A DNA stretch of 64,000 nt from the human T2T-CHM13v2.0 reference genome, Homo sapiens. Every line of letters begins with the position of its first letter. Positions within the stretch are counted from its first letter, which is position 1. Below are positions 41,664-56,099 of this stretch, piece after piece. The stretch is taken from the NCBI RefSeq assembly GCF_009914755.1, contig NC_060931.1; one strand, given 5' to 3'. A model generated the notes under the pieces. That model did not search any database, was not told where the DNA came from, and was given only the letters and a program-made list of their open reading frames with translations. The position numbers and the translations under genes are program-made.

Positions 41664-44271
41664 CAATGTTTTTCAAACTGCAAGTTACAACTAATTGTGA
41701 ATAATAAAATATTAATATACTGGGTCTCAACCAGGAATTTTTTAAAATAGACAGATCAAATAGGCAGATCAAAACAGAAAATCCAAGTACAGCATATGGT
41801 TCGTTATATATTTCAACATGTACGGTGACCAGTAGCAATTTGCATGGTGATTCTATCCACCAACATTAATAATATAGGCACTAATCTTTTAACGTGTCTC
41901 ATTAAACTTTCTGGTATATGATGGTCATTTTATCAACACTCTAACAGAGGAATAACACCATAATGTTAATTTTTATGATTTAAATACACAAACAATTTTG
42001 CAGTTAGTCATGAAGTGAAAGGGACATGAGACTCTTACTCACTTTGGGGAAAAGTTTGAATCAAGTTTTGGATAGGAAATTTCAGCATGTTTTTTAGAAA
42101 GGATATTAGTGACTGGATTTTTTTGTTAGTACATTATAACTGAAACGTGTTTCCTAAACTTAGTGCAAATCAATTTCTTTTTAAGTGGGTCACATTATTT
42201 TTTATAAAAATGGTAATGTGGGAAATGCTGAGGCATGTTCAAATTCATCTGCTGCATCTCTAAGTGTCAATAATGACAATACAGAGAGAAACAAATTCGT
42301 CAGCAAATGTTGACTTTATTTCAAGTGCATTCTAACAAGAAAAAAAGACTGTACCATCTTTGATATGGTTTTATCAAATGTGCAATGCCCAATGAGAACA
42401 GCAAGCTCTACTGTCTGATGACAGTCTTATAACAAAATCTTAAAACTTCAAAATTAAAAAAAAATACTTGCAAACCAAGAATGCTTAACTTTTCAATAAG
42501 TGTCTCAAATACCGACATGGAAAAAAATCAAGCTATTGGCAACTTTTCTTAGTAATTCTATAACTATTAATTAGAAAGTCTTATTCATTCAACCACACAT
42601 CATTGGAAAACAAAAAATGGCTGACACTGCAGCTGAAAAATTTATTCTTCTAGTGTGTAGAAATATCTTGTGAGCAGGGTAAGATAAATTTAAAGATAAA
42701 TTTTAAGACAGTCCCCTTAGTGATAACACAGTATCTCTTCAAATCTTTAGTGCTGCATGACATATAGAAGTAATGCTTAATACACACTTAGAACCCAGTA
42801 TAGATTTTGGAGATCCAATTTGATAAGAGCACTTCTATCACAAGTTGTGCGGCTCTTTTTGTTTATATCAGCTGTATGTGGAGGACTTGTATAAATTTAA
42901 CATACGCGCCTGTATTAGATATATTTAAAGAATTAGAAAAGTGCACGCTCAATCAACATAAAGTAAAAAATTGTAAAGATGGTGTCGGAAATAGGACTGA
43001 AACACAACGGGATGGTTAAAAAATGTAAATATACCCATTGCAATATTTTGCAATAACTATTTTTCTTCTATCACGAAGCTTTGGTATCCAAAGAAATCCA
43101 CATATATTCACTGACAATAAAAAATGCAGCAATATTTGTCATTTGTATATGAAGCTCACGGAGGAGTTGACTTTTTAAAATATTTTATTCAGTGATCGAG
43201 GTGGCTATTCCCACTTACTGTATCATACCAATTTTTTATAGTTGCAATGGAATACATTAAGTAAGGTCTATGAACTCAGGAATGACATTCATAGTTTTGT
43301 AACTGAAGCTCAAGCTCCTTGGACAAATATTTCCAAAACTGGTATCTAAGCATAACAGAAGGATATATTTAACTACTTCCAGTATTTCTCAAATTAAATT
43401 TGTAACTATAGGGGTATGTTATAAATTTCAACATGTCAAGCACATCAAAGTGATCCAAAAAGTATCATTTTAAAGGCAAAAACAAATACTAAAGAATCAC
43501 ACAGCAACTATCTATTCTCAACAATCTTATAATACGTTGAAGTGACCTTACCAAGGAAGAGAGTTTGAATGAAATAAAATTAGAGAATTTGTTGCAAATT
43601 TACTGTCTTAACCTTCTCATCATTCATTACCTTCCAGGAGAGAAATATTAAAGAATGTTTGGATAAAAGATCATTCAGCTATTCAAAAACCCTTGAATTA
43701 AACTTGGTAGCCAAAGGGAGTGCAGCTTCGTTTTTCATTTACTCTAAAAAACAATTATAAGATAAGCAGTTTATCAAAATTGTAGAGTAAAGGTAAAGAA
43801 GAATTTCTATTGTGAAGTAGAAAAAGCATTATCATTATTAAGAGGATTAACAAGAAACTATTTTTGTGAATCTGGAATTTTTATCCTTGACCTACTTAAA
43901 AATATTAAAAAGAAACTGTCTCAGCAGTGTGCTAGCTGAGTGAGCGGCACTGACCCTGTGTGCTCTGAACTGAAATAAGCCATCTACGAGGATACACATT
44001 TGACAAATTAAATAACACATTTCCTAATTTTTGTTTTTGTGTTGTCTGCTTATTTTTTGTATAATGCTTTAAATTATTAATAAAAATATACTTTACATTA
44101 ACTCTATGCTTGTACTTTATCATAAAATATAAAATAAATCTTGCTCCTTAAAACTTTATCTCACTTTTAGGCATATTTCTGTGTGTCTAATTTGTGTGTG
44201 TGTGTGCTGGGTTTGATGTACAATATAATTCTTAATATAGTTTCACTGCCGTTAAAGTTTGAAAAACACCA
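41664..44271 (+). mobile_element. Near full-length fossil hAT-Charlie transposon (Charlie7-like) with decayed transposase
   Basis: TIRs CAATGTTTTTCAAACT...AGTTTGAAAAACACCA; Buster/Charlie motif remnants YGFIKC, PLSDNTVS, IQFDKSTSITSCAALFVYI (ORF 42807-43019), HEALVSK, LLYHT, FCESG. Confidence 0.85.
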
Positions 44272-45407
44272 ACTTAGAGAATAGTTCTCTACGGTTTTTT
44301 CCTAGGGGTGAGGTGAACACAACTGCTGCCAAATACTTGGAATGCATGGGATTGGGCGCAAGCATCCTGATTTCATTCCTCTCAAGCTCCTGCCCTTCAT
44401 CCTGCTAACTGCAAGCTCTTCAAGACCTTCCTGGGCAGAACTGCTTCCCCTCTCTGATTCTCTGGTGCCCACTCTCCCTTCAGGTTTCCAGGATTAGTGT
44501 TGATTTATTTTCCTCTGTGCTTCTTTATTATGATTTTAATGGAATTTGGGCATGGAGTGATAGTAAACAAGTGGTCTTGAAGCAGATTAAGTTTGTTTTT
44601 TTCATATGATACTACTCAAAGCTAGTTCAGTGAAGCAGGCTCTCTCAAACACTATTGGTGAAAGTGAAAATGAAGTGAAAGTGAAAATTGATATGATCAA
44701 AGTAATTTGGTAATATGTATCAAGCCTTAAAAATATCCATTATTTTTGGATTCAATTAATCTCTTTCTAATAATAAACTAACAAAATCAAACTTCCTTCA
44801 GACGTTTGCTACAGAGTTATGTACAAAAAGATTGTATTCAATTTTCTCTCAAATGTCTAACAAAGGAATTATTTAATACCAAATTATATAAAAAATAAAA
44901 TATCTATCAATAAATATGTTTTTAAAAATATATTTAATGAGAAGGGAAAGTTTTCATAATGTATTAAATATAAAATGGAAACAAAAAATACTTAAGTATG
45001 AATGCACAGAAGCTATAGAGTAGGATCTTGATTTTATATGTATATGCTTTACTTTTTAGGCATGCTTCTTATAGTGAGTCAGTTATATTATCCCCATCTT
45101 AATTACACCTATACCTACATTATGTAAATCACATCTTGGTTTAATGATGTTATTCCCATATAATCCAGGTAAATACTAAAAGCCTGTGACTCCCTTATCA
45201 TGATTCATTCTCCTCAATCCCAGTGCACATCTGCAGCTACCCTAGCATCTGAGAGTTCAGCTGCCAAACTTGATTTTAAATGCCTACCAATGTAACATTA
45301 AGTTAAATACAAGCTTTTGCCATACTTCTGGACCTGAGTTTCTATGATTTGATGCCAGATTAACCAACTATAATGCCGAAGCTCTGCCTTGAGAGTTTAT
45401 CCCTTAC

Positions 45408-45534
45408 CTGAAATCCTCTCTTGCAGGCTCCCTCAATCTCATGGAAGTCATGCTCCGTACACAGAGGGCAAGCTTCAGCACTCTCCCACAGGAAATAGAA
45501 CGTACACCCATCACAGGTACCTGCTGGGCACTTG
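45408..45534 (-). CDS. ELAPOR2: ELAPOR2 exon, 127 nt, end of MRH-like domain
   Basis: ttttag|...|gtaagg; (S)KCPAGTCDGCTFYFLWESAEACPLCTEHDFHEIEGACKRGFQ. The C-x-F-x-F-x-W-x-S-xx-AC pattern is typical of MRH domain ends. Confidence 0.95.
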
Positions 45535-45681
45535 CTAAAATCATAAACAAAACCAAAAACACATAAGTGGCAGCTTTTTAACCCATTCAATCCACTCTAA
45601 TCAACACCAGAATACCTATCACATGCTGGGGAGCACTGTGTGGATGCTGAAGAAACACAAGTGGAAAAAAGTCTAAAAGAC

Positions 45682-46425
45682 ACAAACCACTATGAGATAA
45701 CAGTTTGTACCTAGTAGGATGGCTGGAATCAAAAAGATAATAACAAGTGTTGTCAGGATGTGGAGATATTGGTGTCCTCATGCATGCACAGCTGATAGGA
45801 ATGTAAAATTGTGCACCTGCTTTGAAAAGTTTAGCAGTTCCTCAACCAATTAAGTATAGAGTTACTATTTATTCCATCAAGTTCAGTCCTAGGTATAAAC
45901 CCAAGAGAAATGAAAACATATCTCCACACAAAAACTGGTACATCAATGTTTATAGCAGCATTTTATATAATAACCAAAAGGTGGAAACAACCCAAATGTT
46001 TATCAACAGATGAATGCATAAACAAAATGCAGTATATCTGTATAAAGGAATATTATTCAGCCATAAAAGAAATGCAGTAAGGCATACCACAACTTGGAAG
46101 AACCTCGAAAATATTATGCTAAGTGAAAGAAACCAGTCACAAAATTTCACAGATTATATGATGCTATTCATATGCTATTCAAAGTCCAGAATAGAGAAAT
46201 CTATAGAGACTGAAAGTAAATCAGTAGTTGCTCAGGGCTGGGAAGTGGACTAGGGCATAGGGGACTGAGAGCTAAAGGATATGAGGTTTCTGTCTGAGGT
46301 GTTGAAAATCTTCTAAAACTGACTGCGGTGGTGGTTGCCCACATCCCTGAATACTCTAAACACCACTGAATTATATGCTTTAAATGGCTGAATTGTATGG
46401 TAGGAGAATTATATTTCTATAAAGG
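45682..46425 (+). mobile_element. L1 3' fragment (L1MB type) within L2 remnants
   Basis: accactatgagata...aacaagtgttgtcaggatgtggaga...ccactgaattatatgctttaaatgg. Confidence 0.88.
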
Positions 46426-49400
46426 TTTTTGTTTTTAATTTAAGAGAGAGACACAATGACCAAAAAAAAAAAAAAAAAAAAAGGCTCTGGAAATGCTTCT
46501 TGGTAGAAATGATACCTAAGCTGAGTCTAGAATATTTGGTAGGAGTTAGCCAGAATAGAAAAGAAGAAAGCAAAGAAATTCCTGCAAAGGAATGAACAGG
46601 TATGATTAATTGGCAGGAAATTACATGTGGGTCATTATTGCTGGAGTTTCAAGAGCAACGCAATGAGTGAGTGCTGGGCATATGGAGAGAAACTAGGTAA
46701 TGAAAGGCCTCATATGTTACAGAAGTTGTAACTTCTGTTTAAGGTAATGTACTTAGGCGAGGTACTTTAGGGAATAGAATGCTGCACAGGACCCTGGTCT
46801 TTTAGAGGTAGGAGAAAGACATCATCACAAAATTGTCTGAAGTGAAAAACAAACCAACCATCAGGTCAACATGCAATGAAGTGATGCAAATAGCGTTGCA
46901 ATCTTGGGTTTCCTTGGCCTAATGACAACCTGAAAAGGTGGTTACCTTCACTACTCTGAAGATGATGGATGTGGATGGGGCTTAGACACAGGGATAGGAT
47001 CACGAAGAACTAACCACTAGGGAGGCTCTGGAGACTTTTTGAAACTCTTCTTTCTAGCGGGTGTGCCCATTACCTCAGCTTGCCTCTTTCATTCTGGGAC
47101 AGGTAAACATAGCATGGCTGAAAAATTAATGGCTGCTATGGTGTACAGAATCCTTACTGATTGATGCCGGAAGCTATTTGGACAGATTTTAGTAAGAACT
47201 GCTGTTTTGTTCATGAATTCATTAAAACTAGAGGAATTTAAATTTGTCTACCACTTTCGGCTTCCTTAAGCCACATAAATATAGGCTTTGCCCTGAAAAC
47301 CTCCTTTAGACCTCAGCTGGTCCTGAGGACAGGTGTCCTGAAACCCTTAACAGCAAAAGGATAGCCACAAAATAGTAAGGGAAATTTAAAAAACACTCTT
47401 TTGAAGTTTTAACTTCAAATACCTTTCCAGTGATACATGGTTCAAAACTATAATATTCAGTCTAACAGCAAAGTAAAATTTCATACTGTTAGTTAACTAA
47501 ATATATTCTAAGACACCCTAAGATATGAACACTAAAAAAAAAATCTACATGTCTAAAAATTGACTGCATTTTTACATGCCTATCTTTCCAAAGTGTCTGT
47601 AGACTAAGCAGAGGTGGTGGGATGTGAATAAAAGCAATGTTGTTTATAGCATGCTGTAACTGAGGCCCTATGCCATATGTCAGGGCTAAGAACAATGACA
47701 AATAGTGACTCTGGGGAAAATGGTTTAATTCTTATCTGCCTTAATTTCTCTGTTTTTTTTTTTAAAGAGTAATGAATATATTCAGACTGAAACAAAGATA
47801 GGTGGTTTTTTTTTAAAGTAAGTACAATAGATGAAAACCATGCCACATAAAATATCCATACTTTCCACCTTCTAGATTAGTAAAAAGCAACTCAAAATTT
47901 TTCTTTCTTAAAAATTAGGTAAACAATGAGAAAAAATATCCAAGAATACAATTTCCTGATCATTTAGTGAAAATAGCAAAAGTGCTCTCCTGTTCAAATC
48001 TTCCTCCCCAAATTATCCTACATTTTGTTTTCTAGCACAGTGGAGTTTTGAGTAAGGAAATAAAAAACAGTTTATCTTGGGAAAATAGAAGAGAAAGTCT
48101 GTTAAAATCTGAGAAAAATGAACTCAATAAATGAAAAAAAAAGGAGAAAACTAATCAAAGTTGCAAAAACTTCTAAAGAAAAGATCTGGGTTACAATTCT
48201 AACTGGACACTCGAATGATTATGTTTTCCTACAAATGACTTAACTCCTTCTTTCCCCTGCCACATTTTTGTAATTTGTCAAAATCAAACGTCTGCTATAC
48301 TGCCTTCACGGGGTAGTTATAATGGATAAAATGAGTGAACAATTTTGGAAAGTTTAAAGCAATGCAAAAATATAAAAGACTATTAGCAATGCATATCACT
48401 TTCTAAAGAACTGCTAGAACCACAGAAACTGCAACAACAAAAAAAAATCACGACACTGATTTAATTTATAAAGCTGCTGTTAGGTGTCAAAACACTATAG
48501 TGCCTTTCCTTGGCAGACTTCATTTGTTAAAAGATACTCTTAGCTTAACTCAAAATAGTTTACCTTAGAGTCAATTATTTGATTCCTTTAACCTGATGAA
48601 TCACTTAAATTGTGGAACATCCAAATTTAATTGTTATAAACCTAAATGTCATAATTTAAATCAGTCCTTCCGTGTGAAACAGGGATGTATGAACCAATAA
48701 TAATTTGAACAGCACTTATTTTTAGTATGAAAATAGAAAAAAAGTACAAGAGAAAAACAAAAAATACTTTCTCCTACCAAGAAAACAGAAAAACAAACAG
48801 TAAAATAGATAAATGTTTTATTGCCAAGTACTTGAAATACTTTTCCCTTTGATTACTTGTCCTATCATCATCTCCAGCCACCTCCCCCAGCTTTTTAAAG
48901 CTGGAATGCAGAGGTATCACAAATCATGCTTCTTTTATAATTTTTGGTTTATGCAATCACCATAGGAACCAGTGAATAAATGCCTAAAGAGACAGTACAC
49001 TGTCATGGATAGCTGGGGCATGTCAGGCTAGGATTCTACAGGATTACTGGATGTGCTGTGAAATCTAGGTAGAGCAAAGACCTATTCAAAGCACAACCAG
49101 GTGGACCTTGATTTGGCTTTCTTGGTAAATGAATAAGAGACTTCCCAGTTTCCTTATTTTACTTCTGGGATTGCCTTATGAATCTGGATGGCCCTGGCAA
49201 TATGTAAGAATTCACATTAACCTTTTTTAGGAAGTTAGGTCTTGAATTCTAAAAGGGGATACATTCTCTGAGAGATAACTGGACTGAGAGATGAGCTATT
49301 AGTGTCTTCTTTTAAATAAATCTTTCCTAAAGTAGGATCTAATTGGTTTGTATTATGAATTCATGGAGAAGAATCTTTTCTTATGAACTATTATGACTTA

Positions 49401-50064
49401 ATACTGATCCTATTATTAACTTTTTGCACAGTTTATAATTCAGTATAAATACGTTTTGCCAAAATAGAAAATACAAAGGTTAAAATACATTTATCCATAT
49501 TGTCAATATGTTTCTGATCCCTCTGGATTTTGTCTGAGGAGACTGAAGGGAAAGGCCACAGTTTTGTGTACCTAGAAAATTTGTCAGTTGAGTTATCCTC
49601 CAGGATAAACTATTGTTGCTAAGCTGCTTTCGCATGGGGCTTTTGAGTGAGCTCCCCACGTTGGGGTATTCAGACTGGCATTAGTGCTGTCTGCTAACCT
49701 GCTGCTGGTAATTCCTCTCACCTTTGGCATCTCAGGAGAATCAGACTTTCTCTGCTGAGGATGGCTTGTCCCCTCTTGTATGGGGCCCAAAAAACACCAC
49801 TGCATCTTGCTCCAAAATTTTTTTGCCCTGAGGCTAGAGATTACAAATTGTTTGTGAATGTGTCTTAGTCCATTCAGGCTACTATGATAAAACATATTAA
49901 ATTGGGTAGTTTATATATACTTCTTATAGTTACAGGCTGAGATGTCCAAGATCACAATGTCAGCAGATTCAGTGTCTGGTGAGGGCTTGCTCTCTGCTTC
50001 ATAGATAGCACTTTTTTGCTGCATCCTCATGTGGTGGAAGGGGCTAGCTAGCTCTCTGGAGTCT

Positions 50065-50429
<365 letters not shown>

Positions 50430-50527
50430 TGAGCTGATAACCTCCCAACACACCATCTCTTACTACTATCACTTCAGTATTAATGGTATTTCAGCATATG
50501 CATTTGGGGAGACACAAACATTCAGAC

Positions 50528-50825
50528 TGAGACAGCCAAGTAAAAAGGGCTCCACAGAAAACCTCCAATCAGACTGGCACTGGAAGAATGGGGTGGGGCC
50601 TTGGGAAGTTTGCACCCTTTGCAGGGGGAGGAGTCTGGCCCCTCTTATTCCTGGGTGGCAACCTAGGATTCAGTCTGTGAGATGGGGGCTTGCTAACAGG
50701 AACCCCTCTCACTTGGCTGAGTCTTTTTCCTTTTCGCCCAATAAATTCCATAACCCCTCACCCTTCAAAGTGTCTGCAACCCTACTCTTTCCTGGATGTG
50801 TGACAAGAACCCAGTGTCTTCTACA
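50528..50825 (+). mobile_element. ERV1 solo LTR (MER61-like; subfamily uncertain)
   Basis: TGAGACAGCC...cccAATAAAttcc...CTACA; 4-bp flanks agac/agaa. Confidence 0.7.
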
Positions 50826-52920
50826 AGAATATCACAACAGATTGAATATGAACATAAGATTTTTTATGCATAGTTCTTAGATCCAGGTTTACAAAATTCT
50901 ATCATTCTCCTGCAAAACCTCCCTTTCTAAAGACTCTATCCTGAGTTAACTACCAAAAGCCAGCATCAGATCAAAACCGAGACAAACTAAATTAACTGAC
51001 ATTCCTTAGTTTTCTCTTCAGATTATCTTGTTTAATGAAATAAAATAATTATCATCCTTATCTCAAAATTGATCTGAAAATTTTAAGAATGGTTTGTGAT
51101 TTTTATATCATGTCTTAAGAGTACTTATTAGTGTCTGAAGTATATAATTTTAGCAATTCTGTTTTAGTTTTTTCATTTCTTGATCAAAATGGATTTTAGC
51201 TGTTTTCACTTATGCTCATAATGCATCTATATGCCTTTTTACTTTTTAATATTCTAAGAACGTATTTGGTTTTGGTCTTTTGAGTTAAATTGCCTTTTTA
51301 ATTTAACTTGCACAGACTTACATATCTATTATCTGTCTATAAATTGTTCTAGGGAAAAAGAAAACAAGGGAAGTCATTTTACCAATCATCCTTCCATGTC
51401 TCTTAAGAACTGAAAATGGATACATATTTTGGTTTTAACAGTCCTTCCCCAAAGACCAAAGAAAATACTACATTAGCATCCAATAGATCTGATGAATTTG
51501 ATAGAGAGACTCTAAATTGGAATCTGTGAAATAAACCCCTGGAGTGTTTGACCCTTGAATATAACAGGACAGAACTGTGAAGCGTTCCTTTTGTGAGATT
51601 CAATATTCCCAGAGGCTATACTGATAATGGAGATGAATTTGGATTTTGAAGGAGGTTTTGGCAAAACAATTTTAGGCTGATTTATAAACTACTCAAGCAG
51701 TTAAATATAGTCAGAAGTTGACAGAGAGAAAAAAATGATTTTCCTCTAACTGGTGGCATCAATAAAGACCCTGTTTGAGGAAAGATGACTCATTTAAAAG
51801 AAGGCACCAATAACTTGTAAGTCAGTTGAGTTATCCTCTGGGGTAAGTGTGATATTTGCCTCTAACTTAGTGTGCTTCTTTGCAAATCTCTGCCCATGAG
51901 GAATTGGATGAAAAAATGGCAAGATGAGAGCATTATGGCATGAAAAAACCACACAGTTAGAAAATTATTCCATCGTGACTATGCCACACTGCAGCTATAC
52001 AACCTGGCGCATCAGTGTTTCCTGCTCTGTAAAGTCAATGTGTTTGACTCAAGGATCTTGTGGATGCTGTGGCACCTCTATTATCAGAGTAAAAATGCTT
52101 CTCTTTATCTGCTTTTTAATAAGGCCTTTTTATACCATTTTCACTAACAGAAATGTCTCATGTTTTTAAAAGAACCCTTTGGACACAATGCTTAGGTCTA
52201 AATTCTTCCCAATAAAAGGAGAGCCTTCAGTTCCTCTATCTCCCTGAGATAATGATTAGAGGTTTGGGAAGCCTTTTAGGCAAAGGCTAGAGGGCCATCT
52301 ATTTAGGGGCATCTATTAATATTTAGGAATATCAGCAGCCTATTGTGCTAGCAGTTTATTCTCTGCTCAAGGTGCAAACTACACTAGAAAATCTCGTAAC
52401 TTCACTCCAGCTGTCAGATTACATCTGCCACAAACACTGTACCGTTTTTATCTAAAATGTTTCATACCCTCCAGACACTTTATGGAACTAGAAGCCAACT
52501 ACATTTGCCAGACCAAATAGACAGCTTGGTGTTTCCAGCTGCAGATGAGAAGGCAGCCCAGATAATTTGCTGTTCCCTCTAATTTCTCAGGTGATACACA
52601 AAGAACACATATTTCCCCCTTTCTCCTGCCCATTTCACTTTCTATTAAGACTTTCTCACTTTCCCAGGTCTGGGGATCTTATGACATTTTCCCAGGACAC
52701 CAAGATATAAAACCCCAACCAACATTGCTACTGCTAAAGTAAACTTTTGCCTGGCTTGCCAAGATTTTTGGCCAAGAAATGAGATTTCCTGAGGGTGGCA
52801 TTCCTTCTGCACTACCAAAGTCTCCTTCTGAGACTTTTTGGTCAGCTTATGAAGCTTCTCAAGGCAAGTGTCTGGTTAGCATCTCCCTCCCTCCACTCTG
52901 GAAATCTTAAAGCTGAAAGA

Positions 52921-53084
52921 ATGAATGAATGAATGGATGAATGAATGAATGAATGAGAAAGACAGAGAGAGAGAAGGAAGGAAGGAAGGAAGGAAGGAAG
53001 GAAGGAAGGAAGGAAGGAAGGAAGGAAGGAAGGAAGGAAAGAAAGAAAAGAAAAGAAAGAAGAGAGAAAGAGAGAAAGAAAGAA

Positions 53085-53128
<44 letters not shown>

Positions 53129-53143
53129 AGAGAAGAGAAGAAG
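52921..53143. repeat. Compound microsatellite: (ATGA)n, (GGAA)16, (GA/GAAA)n
   Basis: Nine ATGA/ATGG units at 52921-52956; GGAA x16 at 52976-53039; purine-only from 52964 to 53143. Confidence 0.97.
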
Positions 53144-54656
53144 TCCTCTTAAAAAATAGCCTGAGAAACTGGGCTATGTTGACTTTTTTTTTTTTTCTGT
53201 CAGTAGGAAATATTTATTCAACCTCACTGCTAAAAAAAAACCAAAACAAACAAACAAAAAAACCTAATAATTTCAGGAAAGCTGCTGTTTCTCGTGTTCT
53301 GATCTCCGAGCTCCCCCTTGTGCCCTGATGGGAAATTGATTCAAGAAAGAAATAAAGGTCAGCACATTTAAGCTGTAGTGTTCAAGCAGCTCCCTAAAGT
53401 AGTGGTCAGCACACTTCAGTGCGCATCACAACTCTAAATGAAGATTTATCAAACATGGCTGAAGGACTACACCCTTTAGACTGTCACATTTTAAATTAGC
53501 TTTTCATAAAACTAAAATTTGGAATACATTTTGAGAATCTGTCTCAGAAAAAAAAAAATCCAAAATGTGAGTTAAGAAAAAATCTGGTTCACAAATTTCA
53601 GTAGACATCAGAATTGCCTTGTGGTTTTTAAAAATGTTCCTATGCTCAGCATCTAAGATTCTATATTTTTAGGGAAGGCCCAGAAATTAATTTTTTAAAT
53701 AGATACCCCAAGGTATTCTGCTGCAGGTCATCTTGATAAACCTGGCAAAGATAGTTTACTTCCCTAAGTGGCAGATTCCTGGAGGTCAAAGGAGAAACAA
53801 GTTTTCCTCTCCAAATAGGAAAAATTCAGTTTCTACATGCCATCGCTTAACTCCAGGAGACTATTTTCCTTATTACAATTAAAGCATCAGAACACACCTT
53901 ACGAGAGTTAGAGTGATGTGTTTCCTAAAGGACAGACCTAATCTTCATTAACATCATCTACTTGAGTTAGAGGCCTGGAGGAGGCTTTGGAAGCTATTGA
54001 AGTAGACTCCCAGAGACTACAGGTTAATTGTTAGGTTCACAATATGGCCCCCAGATGTGCTGTAGTAAATAGAATAAGCACCTGAACTCAGAACTGTATG
54101 ATGGCATATTAGAAAATGATGAAAGACACACTCTTTTATTGCTAGAATCTCTGACCACACCTTTCCTTGGAGGGTGGCTTGTTGCCTTGGTTCTAGCTTG
54201 GAGGCTGGCAGAGGGATCCTCTACCACAGGATGCCCTTTTATTATTATTAGGTACTACTCTTGTTGCATCCATCTCTCACCTTGAACAGGTAAAAAGAAT
54301 AATTAAATCATAGGTCTATGAGAAGTGGAAACACGCAGTTGGTGAAAAGAGAATGTCAGTATGCCTTTATGCCCAAAAATAAGCCCAAAATACTGTGTTA
54401 CCCCTGTAACTATTTTTAGGATACATAAGTAGTTGAAGCAATGCTTACACCACTGATTTCCAATCCTGATGTGACATAAGCAGGACAGGTTAAAATCTCC
54501 CAAGGGTTACTGTGAAACTATCAAAAACAAAATTAATATAATCATTTTCTCTTTAAAAATATATACTTTTGCTAATTTGATAGAGAAAAAAAATCTGCAA
54601 ATCAAGCTATGATCCAAAGGTATCTTAACTCAGCAAAGATTAGAAATAAATAATCT

Positions 54657-54815
54657 GGCTGGGTGCAATGGGTCACACCTGTAATCCCAACCCAGCTTGG
54701 GAGGCTGAGAAGAGAGTCACTTGAGGCTAGGAGTTTGAGACCAGCTTGGGCAATGTAGGGAGATTCCCATCTCTACAAAAAATTTAAAAATAATAATAAT
54801 TTTTAAAATAAAATA
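54657..54815 (+). mobile_element. Free left Alu monomer (FLAM/AluJ-like)
   Basis: ggctgggtgcaatgggtcacacctgtaatccca...catctctacaaaa followed by an A-rich tail; no right arm. Confidence 0.85.
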
Positions 54816-55579
54816 TAAAGTAATAAATAATCTTCATGTTGAAAAATGAATATCTGAAAAATAAAACTGAGGAGGCATTCAAGTGTCACTCATGCTATTA
54901 AAGCAGTCTGTATTTAAGTTGACAATTCTGAGCCTACAAAATTGTTTTCTTGTTGTTTTCCCATCCAAAGCGAACTGCATTATTCAGATCTTCACTATAG
55001 AGGGCTATTGCCTTAATGCTAATTTGTGTTAAATGAAGCACATTATGTATTTTATAAGTCAGACTTACCTTGGTGATTCTGCCACCATTAATCAATAAAC
55101 TGAAGAGCTAGAAATCGATAATATAAATTACCCTGGCCCCCATACCCTTCCAGAGAAAAAAGCTATGACTCAGAGGTTAGATTACTTAATCTTGATCACC
55201 CAGCTAGTTAATTGTTGATCTAGTACCATAATCAGGAAAGCTACTAATCCAGCTCTCAAGGAAATTCAGGCTAAACAATAAAATAAATACAGGGATACAA
55301 GCAATATAATTAATTTTATATTTCTTCAAGAGAATTAGACACTTAACACAAACAGGACAAGAATATGTCATACAAGAGGCTAGGAAGTCTTTAGATTGTA
55401 CAAGGACCTATTTCTCTTAATACACACTCAGCACATTCCCTACAAAAAAAAAAAAAACCCTACAGATTGTTCTGTTTTCTTTCTGCTTTATGTTCATAGA
55501 GAATATGTTTTAAAATAGTAACATTCTGGAGAGTTTTTCTTCCTCATGGTAAACACAAATCATATGGAAATAAGGATAC

Positions 55580-55681
55580 CTGGGGACTGAAATCACTCCT
55601 GCTCCAGATTTAGTAGGATTACACCTCATTTTCACAGCAGTTGATCGGCCATTAATACAAGATGTTGTTGCTGTAGAAGAC
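55580..55681 (-). CDS. ELAPOR2: ELAPOR2 exon, 102 nt
   Basis: caatag|...|gtatcc; (K)SSTATTSCINGRSTAVKMRCNPTKSGAGVISVP(S), phase 2/2. Confidence 0.93.
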
Positions 55682-56058
55682 CTATTGTAAGCCAAATAAC
55701 ATTTTTAAAAAACAGATATAATACAGATTACAAAGACAAAAATATGGGAATAATTGCTCTCAGACTTCATGAACAAATGAAAAAGAAAAATGTATTAAAG
55801 TTCACTAATTTGTAATTTTAATACAAATTCAGCTCATTTACTTTCATTGCCTATGAAAAGTTGACTACTTTCCCAGGTAAAGTGATATGTTATCATCAAA
55901 GTATTTAGTAAAGATATAATTTTAATAAAAATTATAATCAAAAATATTCTTAAGGGAACAAAGACCATGTCTACTTAGGCCAATGCTTTGATATATGAAT
56001 TATAAATAATTATTGGCGAGACAATGAAATAGAGTCTCTTTACTGCCAATGTAAGTGA

Positions 56059-56060
<2 letters not shown>

Positions 56061-56096
<36 letters not shown>
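56061..56096. repeat. (AC)18 microsatellite
   Basis: Read directly. Confidence 0.95.

Positions 56097-56099
<3 letters not shown>

Noticed and set aside
42300-43950. Domesticated ZBED/Buster gene
   Set aside because: Transposase motifs lie in different frames with many stops; the longest open piece in the track is 70 aa.
52949-53159. KEGR/ER-repeat ORFs
   Set aside because: Translations of a purine microsatellite.
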